Source of the DNA: an uncultured Clostridia bacterium
GTDB taxonomy: Bacteria; Bacillota; Clostridia; Christensenellales; CAG-314
Length of the DNA: 64,000 nucleotides
Assembly (NCBI GenBank): GCA_947630455.1
Contig: CANRHP010000002.1
Span: 29,544-93,543 of the forward strand
Direction: 5' to 3'
Within the stretch, counting starts at the first letter, position 1; every line of letters begins with the position of its first letter. This document shows positions 21,469 through 30,755 of this stretch, piece after piece. The position numbers and the translations under genes are program-made. The notes below the pieces were generated by a model, which was given only the letters and a program-made list of their open reading frames with translations, was not told where the DNA came from and did not search any database.

Positions 21469-23502
21469 GTGAAACGTTGGTATATAGTGATAGCAATCCT
21501 TGTATTGGCGACGATAACGGTATTCGCCATGCCTTCGATTGCCTTTGCCGTACCCTATTCCACCGAAACAATCGGTCCCGAGGGCAGTGTTGTTCCCACA
21601 CAGACGGCATACACTCCCGTTGGCAAGATCGCCATTACAAATTCCGAAGCGGACAAAAGACCGGCTCCGGAGGATATGGCAATCGACGAAGACGCGGGAT
21701 TGGTCTATGTGGCGGAATCTTCATCGCAGTGCGTAGTTGTACTCACATTGGACGGAGAACGGAAACAGGTGATAGGCAAGGGTACATTGAACCGTCCTAC
21801 AGGCGTGGCTTTGGATGACGAACGGCTGTTTGTCGCAGATAGAGGCAGCAACAAAATTTACGTTTACTCCAAAGACGGTTACGTACTGCAAAAAGAAATT
21901 ACCAAGCCCACCAATCCTTTGGTCGGTGCGGACACGCCGTTTGTACCCACCAAGCTGACGGTGGACAGTCGCGGTAATTTGTACGTAGTAAGCGAAGGAT
22001 GTTCGAGCGGACTGATGCAGCTCAATCTGGACGGCGAGTTTATCGGCTATGTGGGAGCAAACGAAACGCAAGCCACATTTCAATCACTGCTTCAGGATCT
22101 ATTCTTCTCTGAGGAACAAAAGAGTACATTCCTTGCGGCGCCCCGTTCGCCTACGAATGTCGCAATAAACAGCAGAGGCTTGATTTACACGGTTACAAAT
22201 ACCGCCTCGCGCAACGCTGTCAAAAAGCTCAATACTTTAGGTAACGCTATTATGTCGCCTGCGGTCAACTACGCGCGTACGGTAGCGGTGAGTATTGACG
22301 AAGCGGAGAATATCTATTCGGTAGACAACGACGGCAATATTGCGGTATTTGACAGCTACGGCGATCTGCTCTTCCGTTTTGGCGGCAAGGATGTGGACGA
22401 GCGTTTGGGAAGCTTGTCTAATCCGGTGGCAATCGAAGTGCTCAAGGACGGTACAATCATCGCACTGGACAAGCAGTACGGTATGGCAGTGGTTTACGAG
22501 CGTACCGAATTTGCCGACAAGGTTTTCGAAGCTGTCGGCTACTACAAGGATGGACTGTATCTCGAGGGCGAACGTCTTTGGAAAGACATCTTGCAGCTCA
22601 ACAGCAGTTTCATTGTATCCTACAAGGCGCTTGCGCGTGCAAGTATGAAGCGCGGCGATTACGAAACGGCTTTGAGACAGTTCAAGCTTGCCGAAGACAA
22701 GCAGGGCTATTCCGAAGCGTATTGGGAAATCAGAAACGATTGGCTGCAAAAGAATGTCGGTTGGATAGTTGCCGTTTTGCTGGTTTTGGTTGCCATTGTT
22801 GTTGTTTGGAAAATAATCGACAAAAAGAAGCCAAAGCTGCTTGCGCCGATAAAAAATGGTGTCGGCAAGGTTACCAATGTCAAGATAGTACGCGAGCTGC
22901 TCTACACCAAAAGCTTTTTCAAATCCGCACCGGAGGCCGTGTATCAAACCAAATATCACAATGCGACAAGCATTTGGTCGGCATTGGTACTGTATGTGTG
23001 GTTCATTATTTTGCAGCTGCTTGACGTGTTGGTTACAGGCTATCTGTTCAACAACAACAGCGTTTACAGCAGCAATGCGCTGCGTATAGTGCTTACATCC
23101 ACCGCCGTATTGTTCGCATTGGTATTGTGCAATTATTTTGTCAGTACTGTCACAGACGGCGAAGGCAAGCTCAAATACTGCTTCATTACATTCATATACG
23201 CGTTGGCGCCCTATCTTATTTTGGCGTTGCCAATGTTTATCATCAGCAGATTCCTTACATACAACGAGCAGATAATTTACGATTTGCTGATGATAGTAAT
23301 ATACGGTTGGAGCGCCGTGTGTGTATTCAGAACAATTATGGAACTTCATGACTACACATTCTGGCAGGCAATAAAAAATATTATACTGACGCTGTTTGCC
23401 TTTCTGATGGCAATACTCTTTGTCATTGTACTGCGCATGCTGCTAACCCAATTCTTCGGTTACTTTGCGTCACTGTTCAGGGAGATTTTCACTCATGCGT
23501 AA
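21469..23502 (+). CDS. Secreted NHL-repeat beta-propeller / TPR-like / ~6-TM (Yip1-like) membrane protein
   Basis: 677 aa. GTG start after a GGAGG RBS. Signal peptide 'AMPSIAFA|VP'. NHL-type repeats ('LNRPTGVALDDERLFVADRGSNKIYVYSKDG', 'PTKLTVDSRGNLYVVSEG', 'PVAIEVLKDGTIIALD'). A helical repeat segment ('YKALARASMKRGDYETALRQFKLA'). About six hydrophobic helices follow in the last 250 aa. Confidence 0.6.
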   Translation: MKRWYIVIAILVLATITVFAMPSIAFAVPYSTETIGPEGSVVPTQTAYTPVGKIAITNSEADKRPAPEDMAIDEDAGLVYVAESSSQCVVVLTLDGERKQVIGKGTLNRPTGVALDDERLFVADRGSNKIYVYSKDGYVLQKEITKPTNPLVGADTPFVPTKLTVDSRGNLYVVSEGCSSGLMQLNLDGEFIGYVGANETQATFQSLLQDLFFSEEQKSTFLAAPRSPTNVAINSRGLIYTVTNTASRNAVKKLNTLGNAIMSPAVNYARTVAVSIDEAENIYSVDNDGNIAVFDSYGDLLFRFGGKDVDERLGSLSNPVAIEVLKDGTIIALDKQYGMAVVYERTEFADKVFEAVGYYKDGLYLEGERLWKDILQLNSSFIVSYKALARASMKRGDYETALRQFKLAEDKQGYSEAYWEIRNDWLQKNVGWIVAVLLVLVAIVVVWKIIDKKKPKLLAPIKNGVGKVTNVKIVRELLYTKSFFKSAPEAVYQTKYHNATSIWSALVLYVWFIILQLLDVLVTGYLFNNNSVYSSNALRIVLTSTAVLFALVLCNYFVSTVTDGEGKLKYCFITFIYALAPYLILALPMFIISRFLTYNEQIIYDLLMIVIYGWSAVCVFRTIMELHDYTFWQAIKNIILTLFAFLMAILFVIVLRMLLTQFFGYFASLFREIFTHA

Positions 23503-25645
23503 AAAATTGTTAATTTTACTGTTGTGCGTGGTAGTTGTGTGTTCTGTCACTATCGGTATAGTGTACGCCGACGATGCCGATCCCGGTTCACAAGCGGATG
23601 GCGGCGAAACAGCGGCTAAGCTATATACGGTTCAAGTCGGCGGCGCAACCTTGACGGTGAACACGCACAACCTCAATATGAGTATCACAAAGGGTGGGCG
23701 CACTTGGTACAGCGGGCAAAGACACGTCGACGAGAATGGCGAAATAGACGACGGTTTGGAGTACAACGGCGCCCGTATAACAGACGGTATAACCGTTAGC
23801 TACCGCAATGCCGACAGCGTAAACAAAATTCAACAAACGGATTCCATCACCAATCTTGCAGACGATCCCGTGCGTGAATTTAAGGAGCTTGACAATGGTT
23901 TTGACGCCAAGATCCGTCTCAAAAGCAACGTTGGTATAAGCTTTACGCTGAAGGTACGCTTTGACGGTACCAAGCTTACCGCCACAGTTCCGAGCAGCTC
24001 CATCACGGAAACTACCGACAACATGCGTTTGGAACAAATTTCGCTGTTTCCCTATTTTGACAGCAGTTATCAGCAAACGGACGGGCAGATATTTATTCCC
24101 GACGGAAGCGGAGCTTTGATAGATTTATCCGTACAGTCCAATGCTACGCAAGCTTACTCGCAGCGTATCTATGGAGAAGATTACGGTCTTTCCACACCGT
24201 CAACGCGCGCAAATCAACCCAAACGTGCAACTATGCCTGTGATGGCAACGCTCTACCCGGACGGAGGAACCACAATGATGGTAACCGGCGGTGCCGAGTA
24301 TTCCAGGGCAAACGCAAGCGTCAGCGGCATAGGGCAATACCCCTACAATCGTGCCGGTTTCACGTTTATTTACCGCGAGCCCTACACCCGTTTTTACGAT
24401 GACAGCGGCGACACGAGTAAGAGTACTTACGAATTGCAAACAGACCGCAATGAATTTGACGCTCAAATTACATACACGTTGATGGACGCTGGTGTAAATA
24501 TCGCAGATGTAGCCAAAGTGTATCGCGATTCAATTGCAATAAAAAAGACGAGTATCGAAAATGTAGGCATGCGTTTGCAATTTTTGATGGTTGAAAACAA
24601 ACAAAGTATGTTCGGCAGGACAAAGATCGTCATGACCACCCCGGACTACGTTGAAACGGTTGCGCGCGACGTCTGTTACTATTGCAATGGATTGTCAGTT
24701 GCGTTGACGGGATATCAACGCGGCGGGCTCGGCGGTGCGTCACCTTCTGTGTTCCCCATGGCAAACAAATCCGCCTATCGCGCTCTCGGTGAAAAATTGG
24801 CAATGATGGACGTGTCGCTCAACTATACGGTCGACTACATGCGCGCACACGAGAGGGCAAGCTTTTCCAACGGCAATTTGCTGCAAAATGTTTCGGAGCA
24901 ATTCGTTACTCTTGCGGATACTCGCGCCGGTTCGGGCGTCACATTCCGTCTGATAAAGCCTTCATACAGCGAAAAGATGCTTTATTCCGATATCGACAAG
25001 TTGTCAGATTTCAATGCGGGCATTGAAGCTGCAAATATCGGTGCAATGCTTTTCTCCGGTTACAAATCGGAAGTATTTTCGCGAACCGATATGAAGGAAA
25101 ACAATGTGCGCGTTATTGATGGCGTACAATTGCCGGTGGCGCTCTCCAATCCCAACGATTACATGTTCGGAGTGTTGGACAGTTATGTGGACGCACCTAT
25201 AGAATATTCGGCATATCTCATTGAGACGGAAAGTGTTCCTTTCCTGCAAATGGTGCTTGGCGGCAGTGTTCCGATGTATTCCGAGGCGCTCAACCTCGAC
25301 TACACAGGCACGCAGCTTGTACTTAGACTCATAGACAGCAATGTGTATCCGTCGTTTATACTTACGGAGCAGGACGCAATAGAGTTGTACGGCACTGACA
25401 GTCAGGGAATATTCACATCTTCCTTTGATGTTTGGAAGTACAGCATCAGAACAACATACGAACAAGTTAACAATGTGCTCAAAGAGGTTGTCGGGCAGCA
25501 GATTGTACGCCGCGAAGCGGTGGCAAACAATGTATACGTCAACACTTACTCCAACGGAGTCAAAACGGTCGTCAACTATTCCTCGAACCCCGTCACATAC
25601 CAAGGTGTGTTGATTGAAGCAATGTCGGCAGCGGCAGTTCGCTGA
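23495..25645 (+). CDS. 716-aa N-terminally anchored extracellular protein of unknown function (DUF5696-like by recollection)
   Basis: ATG 23495 overlaps the upstream stop (ATGCGTAA). N-terminal anchor 'KKLLILLLCVVVVCSVTIGIVYA'. No motif I can tie to a characterised family. Segments such as 'IFIPDGSGALIDL' and 'LTGYQRGGLGGASP' suggest a carbohydrate-active fold. Confidence 0.5.
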   Translation: MRKKLLILLLCVVVVCSVTIGIVYADDADPGSQADGGETAAKLYTVQVGGATLTVNTHNLNMSITKGGRTWYSGQRHVDENGEIDDGLEYNGARITDGITVSYRNADSVNKIQQTDSITNLADDPVREFKELDNGFDAKIRLKSNVGISFTLKVRFDGTKLTATVPSSSITETTDNMRLEQISLFPYFDSSYQQTDGQIFIPDGSGALIDLSVQSNATQAYSQRIYGEDYGLSTPSTRANQPKRATMPVMATLYPDGGTTMMVTGGAEYSRANASVSGIGQYPYNRAGFTFIYREPYTRFYDDSGDTSKSTYELQTDRNEFDAQITYTLMDAGVNIADVAKVYRDSIAIKKTSIENVGMRLQFLMVENKQSMFGRTKIVMTTPDYVETVARDVCYYCNGLSVALTGYQRGGLGGASPSVFPMANKSAYRALGEKLAMMDVSLNYTVDYMRAHERASFSNGNLLQNVSEQFVTLADTRAGSGVTFRLIKPSYSEKMLYSDIDKLSDFNAGIEAANIGAMLFSGYKSEVFSRTDMKENNVRVIDGVQLPVALSNPNDYMFGVLDSYVDAPIEYSAYLIETESVPFLQMVLGGSVPMYSEALNLDYTGTQLVLRLIDSNVYPSFILTEQDAIELYGTDSQGIFTSSFDVWKYSIRTTYEQVNNVLKEVVGQQIVRREAVANNVYVNTYSNGVKTVVNYSSNPVTYQGVLIEAMSAAAVR

Positions 25646-25670
25646 ATCACGGAAAATTTCGTAAACTAAC

Positions 25671-26549
25671 ATGAAAAAATCTAAAAAACCTAAAATTCAA
25701 TATTCACGTTCGGAAGTGCTGTCGGGATATGCGTTTTGCGCCCTTTGGCTCGTGGGCTTTATGGCATTTACACTGTATCCCATAATTCAGACATTTATCT
25801 TCAGCTTCAACGATGTAACGGTGCAGGAGGGCGCATTCAATCTTAGCAACGTGGGATTTTCTCACTATGTACAAGCGCTCTCACAGGACGCCGACTTCCT
25901 GCAGGGGTTGGAAGATTACGCCATAAAGCTGATACTTTATGTGCCAGTCATCACCGTCGTATCGCTGATACTTGCAATGTTGCTCAACAGCAAGCTCAAG
26001 GGCACCGGATTTTTCCGCACGGTATTCTTCCTTCCCGTCATTATTACCAGCGGTCCCGTTATGAGCATCTTTATTGATCAAGGCGTTGCGTCTTTCCCCG
26101 GTATAGAAAAGCTGATCAACTTCGATTCACTTGCCGGCACCGTTCCCGCATTTTTGCTGGAAGCGCTGCGATTCTTGACCAGTGAGTTCATCATGATACT
26201 TTGGTTCAGCGGCATACAGATACTTGTATTTATGACAGGACTGCAAAAGATGGACAAAAATATGTACGAGGCAGCGCAAATAGACGGCGCGTCCAAGTGG
26301 GAAATGTTCTGGAAGCTCACGCTGCCTGCGCTCAATCCTACGATAGTTCTAAACGTTGTGTTCACTGTTGTAATGCAGTCGGTATTTTCACTGAATCCCA
26401 TCATTACACGCATTACGGGATATATGAACGGTGACGGCGGTTACGGCTATGCGTCGGCAACGGCGTGGATCTATTTCATTGTGATGATAGCTTTGTTGGG
26501 ACTTGCCGTGCTTGTCTTCAAGAAACACGAAAGGAGGGTAAGAAGATGA
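25671..26549 (+). CDS. Carbohydrate ABC transporter permease (MalF-like), pair 2
   Basis: 292 aa. EAA loop 'NMYEAAQIDGASKWEMFWKLTLP'. Confidence 0.88.
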   Translation: MKKSKKPKIQYSRSEVLSGYAFCALWLVGFMAFTLYPIIQTFIFSFNDVTVQEGAFNLSNVGFSHYVQALSQDADFLQGLEDYAIKLILYVPVITVVSLILAMLLNSKLKGTGFFRTVFFLPVIITSGPVMSIFIDQGVASFPGIEKLINFDSLAGTVPAFLLEALRFLTSEFIMILWFSGIQILVFMTGLQKMDKNMYEAAQIDGASKWEMFWKLTLPALNPTIVLNVVFTVVMQSVFSLNPIITRITGYMNGDGGYGYASATAWIYFIVMIALLGLAVLVFKKHERRVRR

Positions 26550-28063
26550 GTAAAAAACGTACTCCTTCCATGCAAGTTGAAAACGAACAGCTTGCTCCCG
26601 AACAAAATGAAGCTGCCTTGCAGGAGCAGCAAACTCCGCAGGAGGTCAGTGCCGAACAAATATCGGCGCAGCCTGTCGACGCTTCCGTGGAAGAAAAGGA
26701 AAGCTTCGGTACTCGTTTGAAAAACGTCTTTGTTGCTCTCGGTCGCAAAATTCGCACTTATTTTGTCAATCTGGGCAAACGTTTCTGCAATTTTTGGGTA
26801 AATGCTTGGCGTAAAACGGTCAAATTTTTCAAAAATGTTGGAATTTTCTTCCGTATGCTTTGGTCGCTTTGCGTAGAAGCAAAGCTCAAATTGGACGACA
26901 AACGAGCCGCACGCAAGCAAAAACGTGCCGCCGGTGAAGTCGGTGAAGCTGTTCAGTCCGATGAAACGGTACAGCAAGCTCCGGACAATGTCCAAACCGA
27001 CAGCGAACCCGAAGCATTGCCTGTTGCGGAAGCGAATGATCAATCGGAGCAAGCGGGCGATGCGCTTTCCCTCGATACCGAAGAGTCCGAAGAAATTGAC
27101 GAAGTTAAGCTTATGCGTAGTCGTTTCGCATATTTCTTCCGCAAGCGCACCAAGGACGAATGGAAAACGGCGATGCTCGGCAACAACGAAAAGAAGGGCG
27201 CTGTTCAGCTGATAGTATGCTACGCGTTGTTGATACTTTTCGGCTTTGTGTACATATACCCGATGTTGTATATGCTTGCCTATTCGTTGATGGGCGAAAG
27301 CGATGTCGCAAACCCCATGGTTACTTATTGGCCTACCGAGTGGAAATGGAGCAACTACCGCGAAGCGTCGCAAACGCTCAATTTCTTCAACACTTTGCTG
27401 CAAACGGCATATATTTCCGTTTTGCCTTCGCTTTTCCAAACAGTTGCCTGCGGCTTGACCGCATACGGACTTGCTCGGTTCCGTTTTCCCGGTAAAAAGC
27501 TTATATTCGGATTGATAATTCTCACCTTTATCATTCCTCCGCAGCTAACCATGATGCCGCAGCTGATAACCTTCACTAAATTCGGCTTTGCAGGCAACGT
27601 GCTCAGCTACATTGTTCCTGCGGCAATGGGACAGGGTATCAAATCTGCCGTATTTATCCTCATCTTCTATCAATTTTTCCGCGGAATACCCGATTCGGTG
27701 GTAGAAGCGGCAAAGATAGACGGTGCCAACTCCTTCCAGATATTTGTACGTATCGGAATTCCCGCGGCTGTACCTGCAATTCTGCTCAGCTTTTTGTTGT
27801 CGGTTGTGTGGTACTACAATGAAACTGTGCTTGCCTCTGTTTATTTGGGCGATACAGTTAAGCTGTTGCCTTTGGAGCTGGAAAAATTTCAAGCCACCTA
27901 TTCTCAGCTGTTCCCGGGAGCCACGTCGGGCGGCAAATCCGTCAACGAAGCCATCTACATGGCGGGCACCTTGCTCAATGTGCTGCCTCTGATAATTATG
28001 TACTTCTTCACTCAAAAGTACTTTGTTGACGGCATTGACAAGGCAGGTATCACGGGCGAATAA
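26546..28063 (+). CDS. Carbohydrate ABC transporter permease (MalG-like), pair 2, with ~215-aa N-terminal extension
   Basis: 505 aa from ATG 26546. AAGGAGGG RBS 7 nt upstream, and an ATGA overlap with the upstream stop. C-terminal core has EAA loop 'VVEAAKIDGANSFQIFVRIGIP'. The N-terminus is Q/E-rich and acidic, with a basic-aromatic amphipathic segment. Confidence 0.85.
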   Translation: MSKKRTPSMQVENEQLAPEQNEAALQEQQTPQEVSAEQISAQPVDASVEEKESFGTRLKNVFVALGRKIRTYFVNLGKRFCNFWVNAWRKTVKFFKNVGIFFRMLWSLCVEAKLKLDDKRAARKQKRAAGEVGEAVQSDETVQQAPDNVQTDSEPEALPVAEANDQSEQAGDALSLDTEESEEIDEVKLMRSRFAYFFRKRTKDEWKTAMLGNNEKKGAVQLIVCYALLILFGFVYIYPMLYMLAYSLMGESDVANPMVTYWPTEWKWSNYREASQTLNFFNTLLQTAYISVLPSLFQTVACGLTAYGLARFRFPGKKLIFGLIILTFIIPPQLTMMPQLITFTKFGFAGNVLSYIVPAAMGQGIKSAVFILIFYQFFRGIPDSVVEAAKIDGANSFQIFVRIGIPAAVPAILLSFLLSVVWYYNETVLASVYLGDTVKLLPLELEKFQATYSQLFPGATSGGKSVNEAIYMAGTLLNVLPLIIMYFFTQKYFVDGIDKAGITGE

Positions 28064-28079
28064 TACAAGAGGACGCAGA

Positions 28080-29411
28080 ATGAAAAAATTTTGGACAATA
28101 ATTTGTTCGTTAATTTTGATAACGACAACGGTTTTCTGTCTTGTCGGATGCAGTACACCAACAAAAGAGCAGCTGCTCAATAAATATTCCGAACAAATAG
28201 AACGGGAAATGAAGGGCAGCTTCGACTTCTTTTGGAATGAAGCGCAAACCGCCGAAAATTCTCCTGCTTACGGTCTGATAGCCGATCGTGCAGGCTCCAC
28301 CAAGGGCTCCAATGCGTCCATTGCTTCCGTTGGATTCGGACTTGCGGCATACGTTGTGGGCGCCGAGGAGGGTTATGTTGCCGCACAACAGGCGGAAGAG
28401 CGTGCCAAAGGCACATTGCAAGCATTGCTTAATCTGCAAACGAACGGCAGCAGAGCAACACAGCATGGATTCTTTACGCACTTTCTGAATATGAATACCG
28501 CTGTACCGGCGTCGGGCAGTGAAATTTCCTCTATCGACACAGCGATCATGCTGTGCGGCGCACTGACGGCAGCCGAGTACTTCGGCGGCGAAGTGGAAAC
28601 GCTTGCAAATCAAATATACGCCAACGTTGATTGGACGTCGATGCGTATGACGAGAAACGGAAAGCACTACATTGCAATGACGTTTGACGGCAACGGAAAG
28701 CCCAAGCAACCCTGGGATTTTTACGCGGAGCAGCTGATGATTTATGTTCTCGGTGCGGGCAGCCCCAATGAGCAGTATCGTCTCGACGACGCGGAGTACT
28801 ACGATTTCACACGTGCCGAGGGCAAATACAACGGACACAATTTCTATTACAGTTGGTTTGGCAGTATATTTACTTATCAATTCAGTCATGCCTTCATAGA
28901 TTTTAGAGACAAGACGGATAAAAACGGCACAAACTGGTGGAACAACTCCGTCGAAGCTTCGCAGGCTGCCTACGACTATTGCCGCAACAACGCCAAGCTG
29001 TCTCAAAGCTACAAGGAAGGCGGCTGGGGCTTGACTGCGTGCGATTCGCCCTCCGGCTATAGCGGAGATCTCGGTTGTCCGCCGAGAGGCTGGACGCCGG
29101 ATGCGGCTTATGAACGAATTCAGGGCACAATAGCTCCCTGCGGAGCGATAGGCAGCGTAGTGTTCACCCCCGAGCAATCGCTCAAGGCGCTGCAATACTA
29201 TCAGACCATTCGTTTAATCAACGGTACCTACGGTCTGCTGGACAGCTACAACCTGGACAGAAAGTACTATGCTACCGACTATATCGGCATTGACAAGGGA
29301 ATATCTCTGTTGATGCTCTACAACTACAAGTGTGACGGCGTGTGGGAGCTTACAAACGGCAACGAGTACCTCCAAAACGGACTTAAAGCTTTGGGTTTCA
29401 CCGCTGCTTAG
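28080..29411 (+). CDS. Glucoamylase-like (alpha/alpha)6 protein, PF10091/GH144-like, lipoprotein
   Basis: 443 aa. Lipobox 'FCLVGC|STP'. Motifs remembered from the putative-glucoamylase family: 'SSIDTAIMLCG', 'YAEQLMIYVLGAGSP', 'FTYQFSHAFIDFRD', 'GGWGLTACDSP', 'GTIAPCGAIGS' and 'YIGIDKGISLLMLYN'. Confidence 0.6.
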   Translation: MKKFWTIICSLILITTTVFCLVGCSTPTKEQLLNKYSEQIEREMKGSFDFFWNEAQTAENSPAYGLIADRAGSTKGSNASIASVGFGLAAYVVGAEEGYVAAQQAEERAKGTLQALLNLQTNGSRATQHGFFTHFLNMNTAVPASGSEISSIDTAIMLCGALTAAEYFGGEVETLANQIYANVDWTSMRMTRNGKHYIAMTFDGNGKPKQPWDFYAEQLMIYVLGAGSPNEQYRLDDAEYYDFTRAEGKYNGHNFYYSWFGSIFTYQFSHAFIDFRDKTDKNGTNWWNNSVEASQAAYDYCRNNAKLSQSYKEGGWGLTACDSPSGYSGDLGCPPRGWTPDAAYERIQGTIAPCGAIGSVVFTPEQSLKALQYYQTIRLINGTYGLLDSYNLDRKYYATDYIGIDKGISLLMLYNYKCDGVWELTNGNEYLQNGLKALGFTAA

Positions 29412-29417
29412 GAATAT

Positions 29418-30680
29418 ATGAAAACATTTCGCGACATTTACAATGAGCAGATCGAGAGCAAATCAATTCATACTCGTAAATACATGAAAGCAAAAGAATG
29501 TGATATGCCTATGTTGGAAGAAATGCAGGCATGCTTCCGTTACTTTTCAGACAACATTTCCCGTGATGATACGACCTACGGATTGATGCCGGATCGTATT
29601 CCGGATATCAAAAATCAATGCTCAATAGCGGCAACAGGCTTTATGTTGGCGGCAATGGCGGTAGGAGCGGATTTTAAATGGATCGAGTTCGGCAATGCTA
29701 AGGCAATTTGCGACGCCACCCTCAAGACATTGGCGGAATTGGAGCAAGATCACGGCTTTTACTATCATTTTTACGATATCAACACGGGTAAACGCTGGCA
29801 CAACTGCGAGTTGTCCACGATCGACAGTGCATTGTTGTTTTGCGGTGTGCTTACCGCAGGCAATTATTTCGGCGGCAACACACTAAAGCTTGCACGACAG
29901 CTTGTGGGACGCGCCGATTGGGACTACTTTTACGATTCGGAAAGTAAGCTTTTCCACATGGCGCGCTATGACGAGCATGGCATGATCGCGCATTGGGATT
30001 ACTATGCCGAGCAGCTTATCATTTACGTTTTGGCTGCGGCAAATGGTGCAAATTGCGCACGTGAAGCGTATGAAAATTTTGGACGCCTTCATGGAAAAGC
30101 CGCAAACGGTGAAGATTTCGTGTACACGTGGTGCGGCACCCTGTTCACCTATCAATTCAGTCACGCTTTTGTGGATTTTGAAAAGAAAGTAGATTCGCAC
30201 GGATTTGATTGGTTTGCCAATTCCGTCACGGCGTGCGTAAATGACCGGCTGTTTTGCGCATCGCAGCCCGATTTGTACCCCAATGGCATTTGGGGACTTA
30301 CAAGCTGTGCAATACCGGGTGGTTACCGCGGTCACATAGGCTCTGTGCCAAGTGGAAACAACAACACCGAAAATCTTTCCGATGGTACTGTGGCGCCATG
30401 CGCTGCGCTGGGCAGTATCGTATTTACTCCGCAGGAAGCGATATCGGCGTTGGATAAGTTCAGAAATTACGACGGTCTTACGGGCGAATATGGACTCTAC
30501 GACAGCTTCAATGCCGCAGAGGGCTGGATAGCGAATTGTTATATCAGCATTGACAAGGGAGTTACGCTTCTGATGGGAGCCAACTACTACAAACGTACGG
30601 TGTGGAAATACTTCAATTCTCTCAGCGAAATACGCAGCGCGATGCAGGTATTGGGTTTCCGCCCCAAGCAAACAGACTGA
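29418..30680 (+). CDS. Glucoamylase-like (alpha/alpha)6 protein, PF10091/GH144-like, cytoplasmic paralogue
   Basis: 420 aa with no signal peptide. Same motif set: 'STIDSALLFCG', 'YAEQLIIYVLAAANG', 'FTYQFSHAFVDFEKK', 'GTVAPCAALGS' and 'YISIDKGVTLLMGAN'. Confidence 0.6.
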   Translation: MKTFRDIYNEQIESKSIHTRKYMKAKECDMPMLEEMQACFRYFSDNISRDDTTYGLMPDRIPDIKNQCSIAATGFMLAAMAVGADFKWIEFGNAKAICDATLKTLAELEQDHGFYYHFYDINTGKRWHNCELSTIDSALLFCGVLTAGNYFGGNTLKLARQLVGRADWDYFYDSESKLFHMARYDEHGMIAHWDYYAEQLIIYVLAAANGANCAREAYENFGRLHGKAANGEDFVYTWCGTLFTYQFSHAFVDFEKKVDSHGFDWFANSVTACVNDRLFCASQPDLYPNGIWGLTSCAIPGGYRGHIGSVPSGNNNTENLSDGTVAPCAALGSIVFTPQEAISALDKFRNYDGLTGEYGLYDSFNAAEGWIANCYISIDKGVTLLMGANYYKRTVWKYFNSLSEIRSAMQVLGFRPKQTD

Positions 30681-30755
30681 AACAACCGCCTTGTGCGGAA
30701 AAAATACAAATCAAAAATTTATGACGGTGCAACCGTCACCATTTAGGAGGAGCAA

